A DNA stretch of 11,533 nt from contig JAVKIH010000032.1 of assembly GCA_031459625.1 (NCBI GenBank), positions 17,750 to 29,282 of the forward strand, given 5' to 3'. This stretch comes from Candidatus Geohabitans tengchongensis (GTDB taxonomy: Bacteria; Sysuimicrobiota; Sysuimicrobiia; Sysuimicrobiales; Humicultoraceae). Shown in pieces: positions 1 through 6,884 of the stretch (positions are counted from its first letter, which is position 1; each line of letters begins with the position of its first letter). A model generated the notes under the pieces. That model searched no databases and was not told the DNA's origin. It was given only the letters and a program-made list of their open reading frames with translations. The position numbers and the translations under genes are program-made.

Positions 1-1060
1 CCTCCAGGCGGTGGAGGAGGTTCGTCATCCACCACGAGAAGTGCTCCGCCTGCCACACATGCTGCAGGCAGGCGGCCGTGTAGCCCTGCAGGCCCTGGTC
101 GTCCCCGCGCCGGTAGTAGGCGATGAGGGCGTCGGCCAGGACCACCACGTCGCACACCGCCAGGTTCAGGCCCTTCGCCCCGGTGGGCGGGACGACGTGG
201 GCGGCGTCCCCCGCCAGGAAGAGCCGGCCGTACTGCATCGGCTCCACCACCAGGCTGTGCAGGACGGCCAGGGTGCGCTCCCGCACCGGTCCCGGTCGGA
301 TCGTGGCCACGCTGTCGAGGCGCAGGGCGAGCTCCGCCCAGATGCGGTCGTCCGGCCAGTCATCCAGCGACTCCTCGGCGCGGACTTGGAGGTAGTTCCG
401 CGACAGCGTGGGTGAGCGCATGCTGAAGAGCGCGAACCCGCGCGGGTGGTGGACGTAGATCAGCTCGTGGGAGGCGGGCGGGGTCTCGGCCAGGATGCCG
501 AGCCAGGCGGAGGGGTAGGCGCGCTGGTAGACGGTACGCGCCGCGGCAGGCACCGCCTCCCGGGCCAGGCTGTGCGACCCGTCGCACCCGGCCACGAAGT
601 CGCACGCCAGCCGCTCCACGGTGCCGTCGGGCCTCCGGTAGACGATGGTCGGGCCCTCCTCGATCCCCTCGATGGCCACGGCCTCCGCCTCGAACCGGAC
701 GTCGCCGCCGGCCGCCAGCCGGGCGCGGATCAGATCCTTCACCACCTCCTGCTGGCCGTAGACGATGATGGTGTGGCCGCCGGTGAGAGCGGGGAAGTCC
801 AGGTGGTGCAGGCGCCCCTCGACGGCCAGGTTCACCCCGTTGTGGACCAGCCCCTGGCGCATCATCCGGTCGCCCACACCGGCCCGCAGGAGGATCTGCC
901 GCGTCCCGTCCTCGAGCACGCCCGCGCGGATGCGCTGCTCCACGTAGGCGCGGCTGCGCGACTCGAGCACGACGGACCGCACCCTGGCCCGGTCGAGGAG
1001 ATGGGAGAGGAGCAGCCCGGCCGGCCCGGCGCCGACGATCCCGACCTGTGTCCTATCCAT
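1..1060 (-). CDS. pobA: 4-hydroxybenzoate 3-monooxygenase (p-hydroxybenzoate hydroxylase), 3' end outside the window
   Basis: Manual translation from ATG at 1060 is open for 353 codons to the window edge: MDRTQVGIVGAGPAGLLLSHLL...RIRAGVLE...VYGQQEVVKDL...CDFVAGCDGSH...HELIYVHHPRGFALFSMRSPTLSRNYLQ...EPMQYGRLFLAGDAAHVVPPTGAKGLNLA...FSWWMTNLLH. It has the GxGxxG, DG and GD flavoprotein motifs and the PHBH substrate residues (equivalents of Y201, S212, R214, Y222, P293). Not in the ORF track because the stop is off-window. Confidence 0.96.
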   Translation of the reverse strand, partial: MDRTQVGIVGAGPAGLLLSHLLDRARVRSVVLESRSRAYVEQRIRAGVLEDGTRQILLRAGVGDRMMRQGLVHNGVNLAVEGRLHHLDFPALTGGHTIIVYGQQEVVKDLIRARLAAGGDVRFEAEAVAIEGIEEGPTIVYRRPDGTVERLACDFVAGCDGSHSLAREAVPAAARTVYQRAYPSAWLGILAETPPASHELIYVHHPRGFALFSMRSPTLSRNYLQVRAEESLDDWPDDRIWAELALRLDSVATIRPGPVRERTLAVLHSLVVEPMQYGRLFLAGDAAHVVPPTGAKGLNLAVCDVVVLADALIAYYRRGDDQGLQGYTAACLQHVWQAEHFSWWMTNLLHRLE

Positions 1061-1239
1061 CCGGCGAAGGTGTTCCGTCGGGCCGCCGGCATCCCCTCCC
1101 GGGGCTGAGGGGGACTCCGACCTGGGGAGGACTCCGGCCCGAGAGGAGGCGGCGGAGAGCGGGCCGTAGACCTCCTGCTCTTCGTGTGGCTGCTGCACCC
1201 GCCGCTGGCGCCGGGGACGCTCTGACAGGAGGTGAGGCG
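1061..1239. promoter_or_regulatory. Divergent intergenic region between pobA and the pca operon (promoters not located)
   Basis: 179-bp gap between two divergent start codons (1060 minus, 1240 plus). No convincing sigma70 -35/-10 seen. Contains an imperfect 17-bp tandem repeat (1107-1140) and alternative pairings with the downstream SD. Confidence 0.6.
1227..1235 (+). promoter_or_regulatory. Strong Shine-Dalgarno AGGAGGTGA for ATG 1240
   Basis: AGGAGGTGA 4 nt before the in-frame ATG at 1240; supports this start over the ORF-track start at 1048. Confidence 0.85.
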
Positions 1240-2028
1240 ATGCGTGGCAGGCACGGGCAGGGCAGTGCGGCAGGGAGTGACGAAGCCGCCCACGCCATCC
1301 GCCGGCGCGTGGCACTGGCCTCACAGGTGCTGGGCCTGGCCGACCACGGCGACCTGGTCTGGGGGCATGTCTCGCTGCGCGACCCGGAGGGGCGCGGGGT
1401 GTGGATGAAGGCCTCGGGGTGGGCCTTTGAGGAGGTGACGCCAGCGCGCGTGCTCCTCGTCGGCTGGGACGGCGAGGTGCTCGCGGGCGAGGGGCGGCGC
1501 CACGCCGAGTACCCCATTCACACCGAGCTGATGCGGGCGCGCCCGGACGTCCACGCCGTGGTGCACACCCACGCCCCGCACGCCGTGGCCTTCGCTGCGC
1601 TGGCGCAGCCGCTGCGGCCGATCTCGCACGAGGGGACGCTCTTCGTCCCCCCGGACGTGGCCCGCTTCACGCTCACCGGCGACCTCATCCTCACCCGCGA
1701 GCTGGGGCAGGCGCTGGCGGCGGCGGTGGGGCCGCGCAACGCGGCGCTCATGGTGCACCACGGCATCGTCACGGTGGGGGTGGACGAGGCCACCGCGGTG
1801 CTCACCGCCATCCTGCTGGAGCGGGCCTGTCAGAAGCAGCTGCTGGCCATGAGCGCGGGGCCGCTGCGCACCTGGTCGAGCCCGGAGGAGGCGCTGGCCA
1901 AGCGGGCGCACTGCTACAAGCCGGAGATGCTGCAGAGCGCCTGGGCCTACCTGGTGCGCCGCCTCTCGCCGGGCGCGGCGGGCCGCCGCCAAGGAGGCCG
2001 CAGCGGCGGTACAGAACCTCTCCCGTGA
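1240..2028 (+). CDS. Class II aldolase/adducin-family metalloprotein (262 aa); possibly an aromatic-acid decarboxylase
   Basis: Family motifs GHVSLR, EYPIH, VVHTHAPH (HxH metal ligands) and HHGIVTVG...LLERAC. Strong SD at 1227-1235. Stop overlaps the pcaC start (TGATG). Family call is solid; specific function is inferred. Confidence 0.85.
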   Translation: MRGRHGQGSAAGSDEAAHAIRRRVALASQVLGLADHGDLVWGHVSLRDPEGRGVWMKASGWAFEEVTPARVLLVGWDGEVLAGEGRRHAEYPIHTELMRARPDVHAVVHTHAPHAVAFAALAQPLRPISHEGTLFVPPDVARFTLTGDLILTRELGQALAAAVGPRNAALMVHHGIVTVGVDEATAVLTAILLERACQKQLLAMSAGPLRTWSSPEEALAKRAHCYKPEMLQSAWAYLVRRLSPGAAGRRQGGRSGGTEPLP

Positions 2029-2531
2029 TGGACTCCCGCTTCGACGAGGGGATGCGCGTGCGCACGGAGGTCCTCGGCGCCGAGCACGTCGCCCGGGCCC
2101 AGGCGGCGCAGACGCCCTTCGACGCCGACTTCCAGCGCTTCATCACCGAGTACGCCTGGGGGGCGCTGTGGGCCCGCCCCCACCTCGACCGCCGCACGCG
2201 CAGCCTGGTGACCATCGCCATCCTGGCGGCGCTGGGGCGGGAGGAGCTGGCGCTGCACTTCCGGGCCAGCCGCAACCTGGGCGTCGACCCCGCGGAGGTC
2301 GCCGAGGTGCTGCTGCACGTGGCCGTCTACGCCGGCGTGCCGGCGGCGAACCACGCCTTCGCCGTGGGCAGGCGCGAGCTGGGCTTCAGTGAAGGTGCGG
2401 CGCCAGGCGGAACCGCACCGGGCGGAACCGCACCGGGCGGCGCCGCGTCGGGCGGGGGCGCGTCGGGCGGAGTCGAGCCGGGGACAGCGCCAGGCGGGAC
2501 GACCGGACCACCGAGGAGGGATCAGCGGTGA
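2028..2531 (+). CDS. pcaC: 4-carboxymuconolactone decarboxylase with a ~45-aa Gly/Ala/Pro-rich C-terminal tail
   Basis: GMRVRTEVLG..HV...FQRFITEYAWG..WARPHLDRRTRSLVTIAILAALG...EVLLHVAVYAGVPAANHAF is typical of PcaC. ATG 2028 overlaps the upstream TGA (GTG 2025 is an alternative start). pca context. Confidence 0.93.
   Translation: MDSRFDEGMRVRTEVLGAEHVARAQAAQTPFDADFQRFITEYAWGALWARPHLDRRTRSLVTIAILAALGREELALHFRASRNLGVDPAEVAEVLLHVAVYAGVPAANHAFAVGRRELGFSEGAAPGGTAPGGTAPGGAASGGGASGGVEPGTAPGGTTGPPRRDQR
2391..2507 (+). repeat. 15-bp degenerate tandem repeat (minisatellite) in the pcaC 3' end
   Basis: GGCGGAACCGCACCG twice exactly (2406-2420, 2421-2435), then GGCGGCGCCGCGTCG, GGCGGGGGCGCGTCG and GGCGGAGTCGAGCCG (2436-2480), with weaker flanking units. 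Encodes GGTAP-GGTAP-GGAAS-GGGAS-GGVEP. Confidence 0.85.
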
Positions 2532-3256
2532 CGACCGTCACGGGCCGCGGACGCCACGCCACCTTTCCCCCCTACCTGTACGAGGCCTACCGGGCGACGG
2601 TGCGCCGGGCGCCGCTGGGCCCGTTGCTGCCGGGGCCGCGGACGCTCTCCGAAGTGACCGGCCCCGGTCCCGCCGTGAGCGCGCTCACCGCGGAGGACAG
2701 CGACCTGACGCGCAACGCCGGCACGGGGGGGGAGGCCATCGGGGAGCGCATCATCGTCACCGGCCGGGTGCTGGACGACGAAGGCAACCCGGTCCCGCAC
2801 ACCCTGGTGGAGATCTGGCAGGCCAACGCCGCCGGGCGCTACCGCCACCGCCGGGACCAGCACCACGCTCCGCTCGACCCGAACTTCCTGGGGTTCGGCC
2901 GCTGCCTCACCGACGCGCAGGGGGTGTACCGCTTCGTCACCGTCCGCCCGGGCGCCTATCCCTGGGACAACCACGAGAACGCCTGGCGGCCGGCGCACAT
3001 CCACTTCTCACTGCTGGGGCCCACCTGGGCCTCCCGCCTGGTGACGCAGATGTTCTTCCCCGGCGACCCCCTCCTGGAGCAGGACCCCATCTTCAACGCG
3101 GTCCCCACCGACGATGCCCGGGAGCGGCTCATCGCCCGCTACGCCCACGACGTCACCGAGCCGGCGTGGGCGCTGGGCTTCCGCTTCGACATCGTGCTGC
3201 GCGGGCCCGAGGCCACCCCCTTCGAGCCGCCCGAGGCCGGCGCCCCCTGGCGGTGA
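2528..3256 (+). CDS. pcaH: Protocatechuate 3,4-dioxygenase beta subunit
   Basis: LSEVTGP, GERIIVTGRVLD, EIWQANAAGRY, PGAYPW, WRPAHIHFS: the Fe(III) ligands Tyr, Tyr, His, His and the active-site Arg are present. SD GAGGAGG at 2513-2519. GTGA overlap with pcaC. Confidence 0.96.
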   Translation: MTTVTGRGRHATFPPYLYEAYRATVRRAPLGPLLPGPRTLSEVTGPGPAVSALTAEDSDLTRNAGTGGEAIGERIIVTGRVLDDEGNPVPHTLVEIWQANAAGRYRHRRDQHHAPLDPNFLGFGRCLTDAQGVYRFVTVRPGAYPWDNHENAWRPAHIHFSLLGPTWASRLVTQMFFPGDPLLEQDPIFNAVPTDDARERLIARYAHDVTEPAWALGFRFDIVLRGPEATPFEPPEAGAPWR

Positions 3257-3828
3257 TGCGCCCGCTCCCCACCCCCTCCCAGACGGTGGGCCCCTTCTTC
3301 CACGGGGGCCTGCTGCGAGAAGGGCTGAACGTGCTCGTGCGGCCGCAGACCGTGGGCGAGCGCATCCGCATCGAGGGGGTGGTCACCGACGGCGACGGCC
3401 GTCCGGTCTCCGACGCGATGGTGGAGCTCTGGCAGGCCAACGCCCACGGCCGCTACCACCACCCGGCCGACCGGCGGCCCCTGCCGCTCGACCCCACCTT
3501 CACCGGCTTCGGCCGGTGCGGGACGGACGACGCGGGGCGCTACTGGTTCGAGACCATCCGGCCCGGCCCGGTGCCCGCGGACGGCCAGGGGATGCAGGCG
3601 CCGCACATGAACGTCGCCGTCTTCGCCCGCGGCCTGCTCGACCACCTGACCACCCGCCTCTACTTCGAGGACGACCCGGCCATCCACCACGACCCGGTGC
3701 TGCAGCGGGTGCCCGCGGCACGGCGGCGCACCCTGCTGGCGCGGCGCCTCCCCGCGGAGGGCCGGCCGGTCTACCGCTTCGACATCGTGCTGCAGGGACC
3801 GGACGAGACGGTCTTCTTCGAGTTCTAG
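3256..3828 (+). CDS. pcaG: Protocatechuate 3,4-dioxygenase alpha subunit (190 aa)
   Basis: TPSQTVGPFF N-terminus, ELWQANAHGRY, QAPHMNVAVFARGLL, YRFDIVLQGPDETVFFEF C-terminus. True start is ATG 3256 (TGATG overlap with pcaH), within ORF-track 2389..3828. Confidence 0.96.
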   Translation: MRPLPTPSQTVGPFFHGGLLREGLNVLVRPQTVGERIRIEGVVTDGDGRPVSDAMVELWQANAHGRYHHPADRRPLPLDPTFTGFGRCGTDDAGRYWFETIRPGPVPADGQGMQAPHMNVAVFARGLLDHLTTRLYFEDDPAIHHDPVLQRVPAARRRTLLARRLPAEGRPVYRFDIVLQGPDETVFFEF

Positions 3829-3834
3829 CGTCCG

Positions 3835-4677
3835 ATGGCGCGGCGCGGGGGCCGCTTCCTCTCGCTCCAAGACACCATCGCCGAGTTCGTGCACGACGGC
3901 GATGTGGTGGCGCTGGAGGGGTTCACCCACCTCATCCCCTTCGCCGCCGGGCACGAGGTCATCCGCCAGGGGCGGCGGGACCTCACGCTCGTCCGCATGA
4001 CCCCCGACGTGCTCTACGACCAGCTCATCGGCATGGGGTGCGCCCGCCGCCTGATCTTCTCCTGGGGCGGCAACCCGGGCGTGGGCTCGCTGCACCGGCT
4101 GCGCGACGCGGTGGAGCACGGCTGGCCGCAGCCGCTGGAGCTGGAGGAGCACACCCACGCCGGCATGGCCCACGCCTACGCTGCCGGCGCCAGCGGGCTC
4201 CCCTGCGCCATCCTGCGCGGCTACCTGGGCACCGATCTCGCCCGGGTGAACCCCAACGTGCGCTGGATCACCTGCCCCTTCACCGGGGAGCGGCTGGCCG
4301 CGGTGCCGGCCCTGCGCCCCGACGTCACGATCATCCACGCCCAGCGGGCCGACCGGCAGGGGAACGTGCTGCTCGAGGGGATCGTGGGCGTGCAGAAGGA
4401 GGCAGTGCTGGCGGCACGGCGGGCGGTGGTCACCGTGGAGGAGGTGGTGGACGACCTGCGGTCGGGCGGCCCCAACGCCGTGGTCCTGCCCGCCTGGACG
4501 ATTGACGCGGTGGTGGTGGCGCCGGGCGGGGCCCGCCCCTCCTACGCCCACGGCTACTACGGGCGCGACAACGCCTTCTACACCGCCTGGGACGGGATCG
4601 CGCGCGACCGCGAGACCTTCCTGGCCTGGATGCGCGAGCACGTCCTGCACGCGTCGTCGGCGTCGGTCGGGCGGTAG
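3835..4677 (+). CDS. pcaI: 3-oxoadipate CoA-transferase subunit A (glutaconate CoA-transferase-like CatI/PcaI type)
   Basis: DGDVVALEGFTHLIPFAAGHEVIRQ...RMTPD..YDQLIG...FSWGGNPGVGSLHR...IIHAQRADRQGNV...PSYAHGYY. Located between pcaG and the B subunit. Confidence 0.9.
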   Translation: MARRGGRFLSLQDTIAEFVHDGDVVALEGFTHLIPFAAGHEVIRQGRRDLTLVRMTPDVLYDQLIGMGCARRLIFSWGGNPGVGSLHRLRDAVEHGWPQPLELEEHTHAGMAHAYAAGASGLPCAILRGYLGTDLARVNPNVRWITCPFTGERLAAVPALRPDVTIIHAQRADRQGNVLLEGIVGVQKEAVLAARRAVVTVEEVVDDLRSGGPNAVVLPAWTIDAVVVAPGGARPSYAHGYYGRDNAFYTAWDGIARDRETFLAWMREHVLHASSASVGR

Positions 4678-4700
4678 GGGCGGGCACGGAGGATCGGGGC

Positions 4701-5471
4701 ATGGAATACACGCCGACGGAGATGATGACGGTGGCCGCCGCGCGGGCCCTGCGCAACGACGACGTCTGCTTCGTCGGCATCGGCCTGCCCTCGGCGGCGT
4801 GCAACCTGGCCCGGCTGACCCACGCCCCGGACATCGTCCTGATCTATGAGTCGGGGACCATCGGCGCCCGCCCCCACGTCCTGCCGCTCTCCATCGGCGA
4901 CCCCGAGCTGTGCGAGACCGCGGTGGCTACCGTCTCCGTCCCGGAGATGTTCGCCTACTGGCTGCAGGGGGGCCGCATCACCGTCGGGTTCCTGGCCGCC
5001 GCGCAGATCGACCGCTTCGCCAACATCAACACCACGGTCATCGGCGACTACCGGGCTCCGCGGGTGCGCCTGCCCGGCGCTGGGGGCGCCACCGAGATCG
5101 CCAGCCACTGCGCCGAGGTCTTCGTCATCGTCTCGCACACCCCGCGCGCCTTCGTCCCGCGCGTCGACTTCGTCACCTCCTTCGGCCACGGGACCGGCGG
5201 CGACCACCGGGCGCGGCTGGGGCTGCACACCGCCGGGCCCACGCTCGTCGTCACCGACCTGTGCCTGCTGCGCCCGCATCCGGAGACGCGCGAGCTCGTG
5301 GTCGTCTCCCTCCACCCGGGGGTGATGCGGGAGACGGTGGCCGAGCGCACGGGCTGGCCGGTGCGCTTCGCCGACCGCCTGGAGGAGACCCCGCCGCCGA
5401 CGGCGGAGGAGCTCGCCGTCCTGCGGGACCTGGTGCGCCGCTCGCCGGGTGCCGCCCGCGCCGCCTCGTGA
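4701..5471 (+). CDS. pcaJ: 3-oxoadipate CoA-transferase subunit B (CatJ/PcaJ type)
   Basis: EMMTVAAARAL...CFVGIGLPSAACNLARLTHAP...LIYESG (catalytic Glu)...AQIDRFANINTTVIG...RLPGAGGA. SD GGAGGA at 4688-4693. Confidence 0.9.
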   Translation: MEYTPTEMMTVAAARALRNDDVCFVGIGLPSAACNLARLTHAPDIVLIYESGTIGARPHVLPLSIGDPELCETAVATVSVPEMFAYWLQGGRITVGFLAAAQIDRFANINTTVIGDYRAPRVRLPGAGGATEIASHCAEVFVIVSHTPRAFVPRVDFVTSFGHGTGGDHRARLGLHTAGPTLVVTDLCLLRPHPETRELVVVSLHPGVMRETVAERTGWPVRFADRLEETPPPTAEELAVLRDLVRRSPGAARAAS

Positions 5472-5497
5472 GGCGCAGGAGGTCTGCACCCCGGTGA
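5468..5497 (+). other. Bridging mini-ORF (9 aa, MRRRRSAPR) overlapping the pcaJ stop and the pcaB start
   Basis: GTG 5468-5470 overlaps pcaJ TGA 5469-5471; its TGA 5495-5497 overlaps pcaB GTG 5494-5496. The geometry is seen directly; translation is unproven. Confidence 0.35.
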
Positions 5498-6828
5498 GCC
5501 TGCTGGCCGACACCCTCTTCAGCACCCCGGCCATGGCCGCGGTCTTCGCCCCCCGCGCCTTCGTGCAGCGCCTGCTCGACTTCGAAGCGGCGTTGGCGCG
5601 CGCCGAGGCCGCGGCCGGCCTGATCCCGGAAGCGGCCGCCGAGGCCATCGCCAGCGCCTGCCGCGCCGACCGGGTCGACCTGGAGGCGCTGGCACACGAC
5701 GGCGCGGCCGCGGCCACCCCCGTGGTCCCGCTCCTGCGCGCGCTGGAGGCGCAGCTGCCGCCCGAGGCCCGCGCCGTCCTGCACTGGGGCGCCACCAGCC
5801 AGGACGCCGTGGACACCGCCGCGGTGCTGCAGGTGCGGGAGGGGCTCGACCTGCTGGAATTCGGCCTGCGGGCCGTGGGGGAGCGGTGCGCCGCGCTGGC
5901 CGGGCAGCACCGCCGGACCGTCATGCCGGGCCGGACCCTGCTGCAGCACGCCGTGCCGGTCACCTTCGGGCTGAAGGCCGCGCGCTGGCTGGCCCTCGTG
6001 GTGCGGCAGGTGCAGCGGTTGCGCGAGGTGCGCCCGCGCGTCCTCGTGCTCCAGTTCGGCGGGGCCGCCGGGACGCTGGCGGCGCTGGGTGAGGCCGGGC
6101 TGCGGGTGGCCGAGCGGCTGGCGCAGGAGCTGCGGCTGGGCCTCCCCGACCTCCCCTGGCACGCCGAGCGCGACCGCATCGGCGAGGTGGCGGCGTGGCT
6201 GGCCCTTACCGCCGCCGGGATGGGCAAGGTGGCCACCGACCTGGTGCTGCTCAGCCAGACCGAAGTGGGGGAAGCGGCGACCGCCGGTGGTGAGGCGGGG
6301 CGCTCCTCGGCGATGCCCCAGAAGCGCAACCCCGTCGAGGCGGTGGCGGCCCTGGCGTGCGCGCGCCTGGCCGTGGGCGACGCCGCCACGGTGCTGGCCG
6401 CGGGCGTCGGCGAGCACGAGCGCGCGGCGGGCGCCTGGCAGGCGGAGTGGGAGGCCCTGCCGGCGCTCTTCCGCCACACCGCCGGGGCGGTGGAGTGGGT
6501 GCACCGGGCGCTCGGGGGGCTGCAGGTGGACGCGGAGCGGATGCGGGCCAATCTGGCGCTGGCCGGCGGGACGATCATGGCCGAAGCGCTGGTCACCGCC
6601 CTGCAGCCGCACCTGGGGCGGGAAGCCGCCCGGCGGGTGGTGGAGCGCCTGGTGGCCTGGACCGGTGAGGGCGGCGACCTGCGCCAGGTGGCCGCAGCCG
6701 ACCCCGACGTGAGGGCCCTGCTCCCGGCCGGCCGCCTCGAACGCGTCCTCGACCCGCTAGCCTCCCTGGGCAGCACGGAGCTCTTCATCGACCGCGCCCT
6801 AGCAGCCTGGCAGGCCCTGGGCCCATGA
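5494..6828 (+). CDS. pcaB: 3-carboxy-cis,cis-muconate cycloisomerase (444 aa from GTG 5494)
   Basis: Fumarase/aspartase-superfamily motifs HWGATSQDAVDTA, GRTLLQHAVP, QFGGAAGTLA, SSAMPQKRNP, EHERAAGAWQAEW. SD AGGAGGT at 5477-5483 supports GTG 5494 over 5449. Confidence 0.93.
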   Translation: MSLLADTLFSTPAMAAVFAPRAFVQRLLDFEAALARAEAAAGLIPEAAAEAIASACRADRVDLEALAHDGAAAATPVVPLLRALEAQLPPEARAVLHWGATSQDAVDTAAVLQVREGLDLLEFGLRAVGERCAALAGQHRRTVMPGRTLLQHAVPVTFGLKAARWLALVVRQVQRLREVRPRVLVLQFGGAAGTLAALGEAGLRVAERLAQELRLGLPDLPWHAERDRIGEVAAWLALTAAGMGKVATDLVLLSQTEVGEAATAGGEAGRSSAMPQKRNPVEAVAALACARLAVGDAATVLAAGVGEHERAAGAWQAEWEALPALFRHTAGAVEWVHRALGGLQVDAERMRANLALAGGTIMAEALVTALQPHLGREAARRVVERLVAWTGEGGDLRQVAAADPDVRALLPAGRLERVLDPLASLGSTELFIDRALAAWQALGP

Positions 6829-6884
6829 CTGTCGCGCGCATGACTGTCCCCCGGAGCGCGCTCCCGCGGAGCCTGCCCTCATGA
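6825..6884 (+). other. Bridging mini-ORF (19 aa, MTVARMTVPRSALPRSLPS) overlapping the pcaB stop and the cyclase start; built from 15-bp duplications
   Basis: ATG 6825 overlaps pcaB TGA 6826-6828; TGA 6882-6884 overlaps cyclase ATG 6881. CATGACTGTC occurs at 6824 and 6839, CATGACCGTC at 6880. Confidence 0.4.

Noticed and set aside
11..1108. Plus-strand ORFs 11..415 and 446..1108
   Set aside because: Antisense to pobA, which explains the region fully.
1167..1172. TAGACC as a -10 element
   Set aside because: Lacks the conserved final T and has no matching -35; not supportable.
1048..1239. 64-aa N-terminal extension of the aldolase-family ORF
   Set aside because: It would overlap the pobA start and fill the divergent promoter region. 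The strong SD supports ATG 1240.
2391..2507. Repeat considered as a CRISPR array
   Set aside because: The units are contiguous 15-mers without spacers, in coding frame, and there are no cas genes.
2389..3828. Apparent 479-aa PcaG with a long N-terminal extension or a PcaH-PcaG fusion
   Set aside because: The extension is an alternative frame over pcaC/pcaH with no domain features. The real start is ATG 3256, and pcaH has its own stop.
4578..6788. 736-aa minus-strand ORF (also 3139..4650, 5251..6612, 9333..10313, 10079..11248 and similar)
   Set aside because: Antisense shadows of well-supported plus-strand genes. The translations are low-complexity with no recognisable motifs, and long stop-free frames are expected at this GC content.
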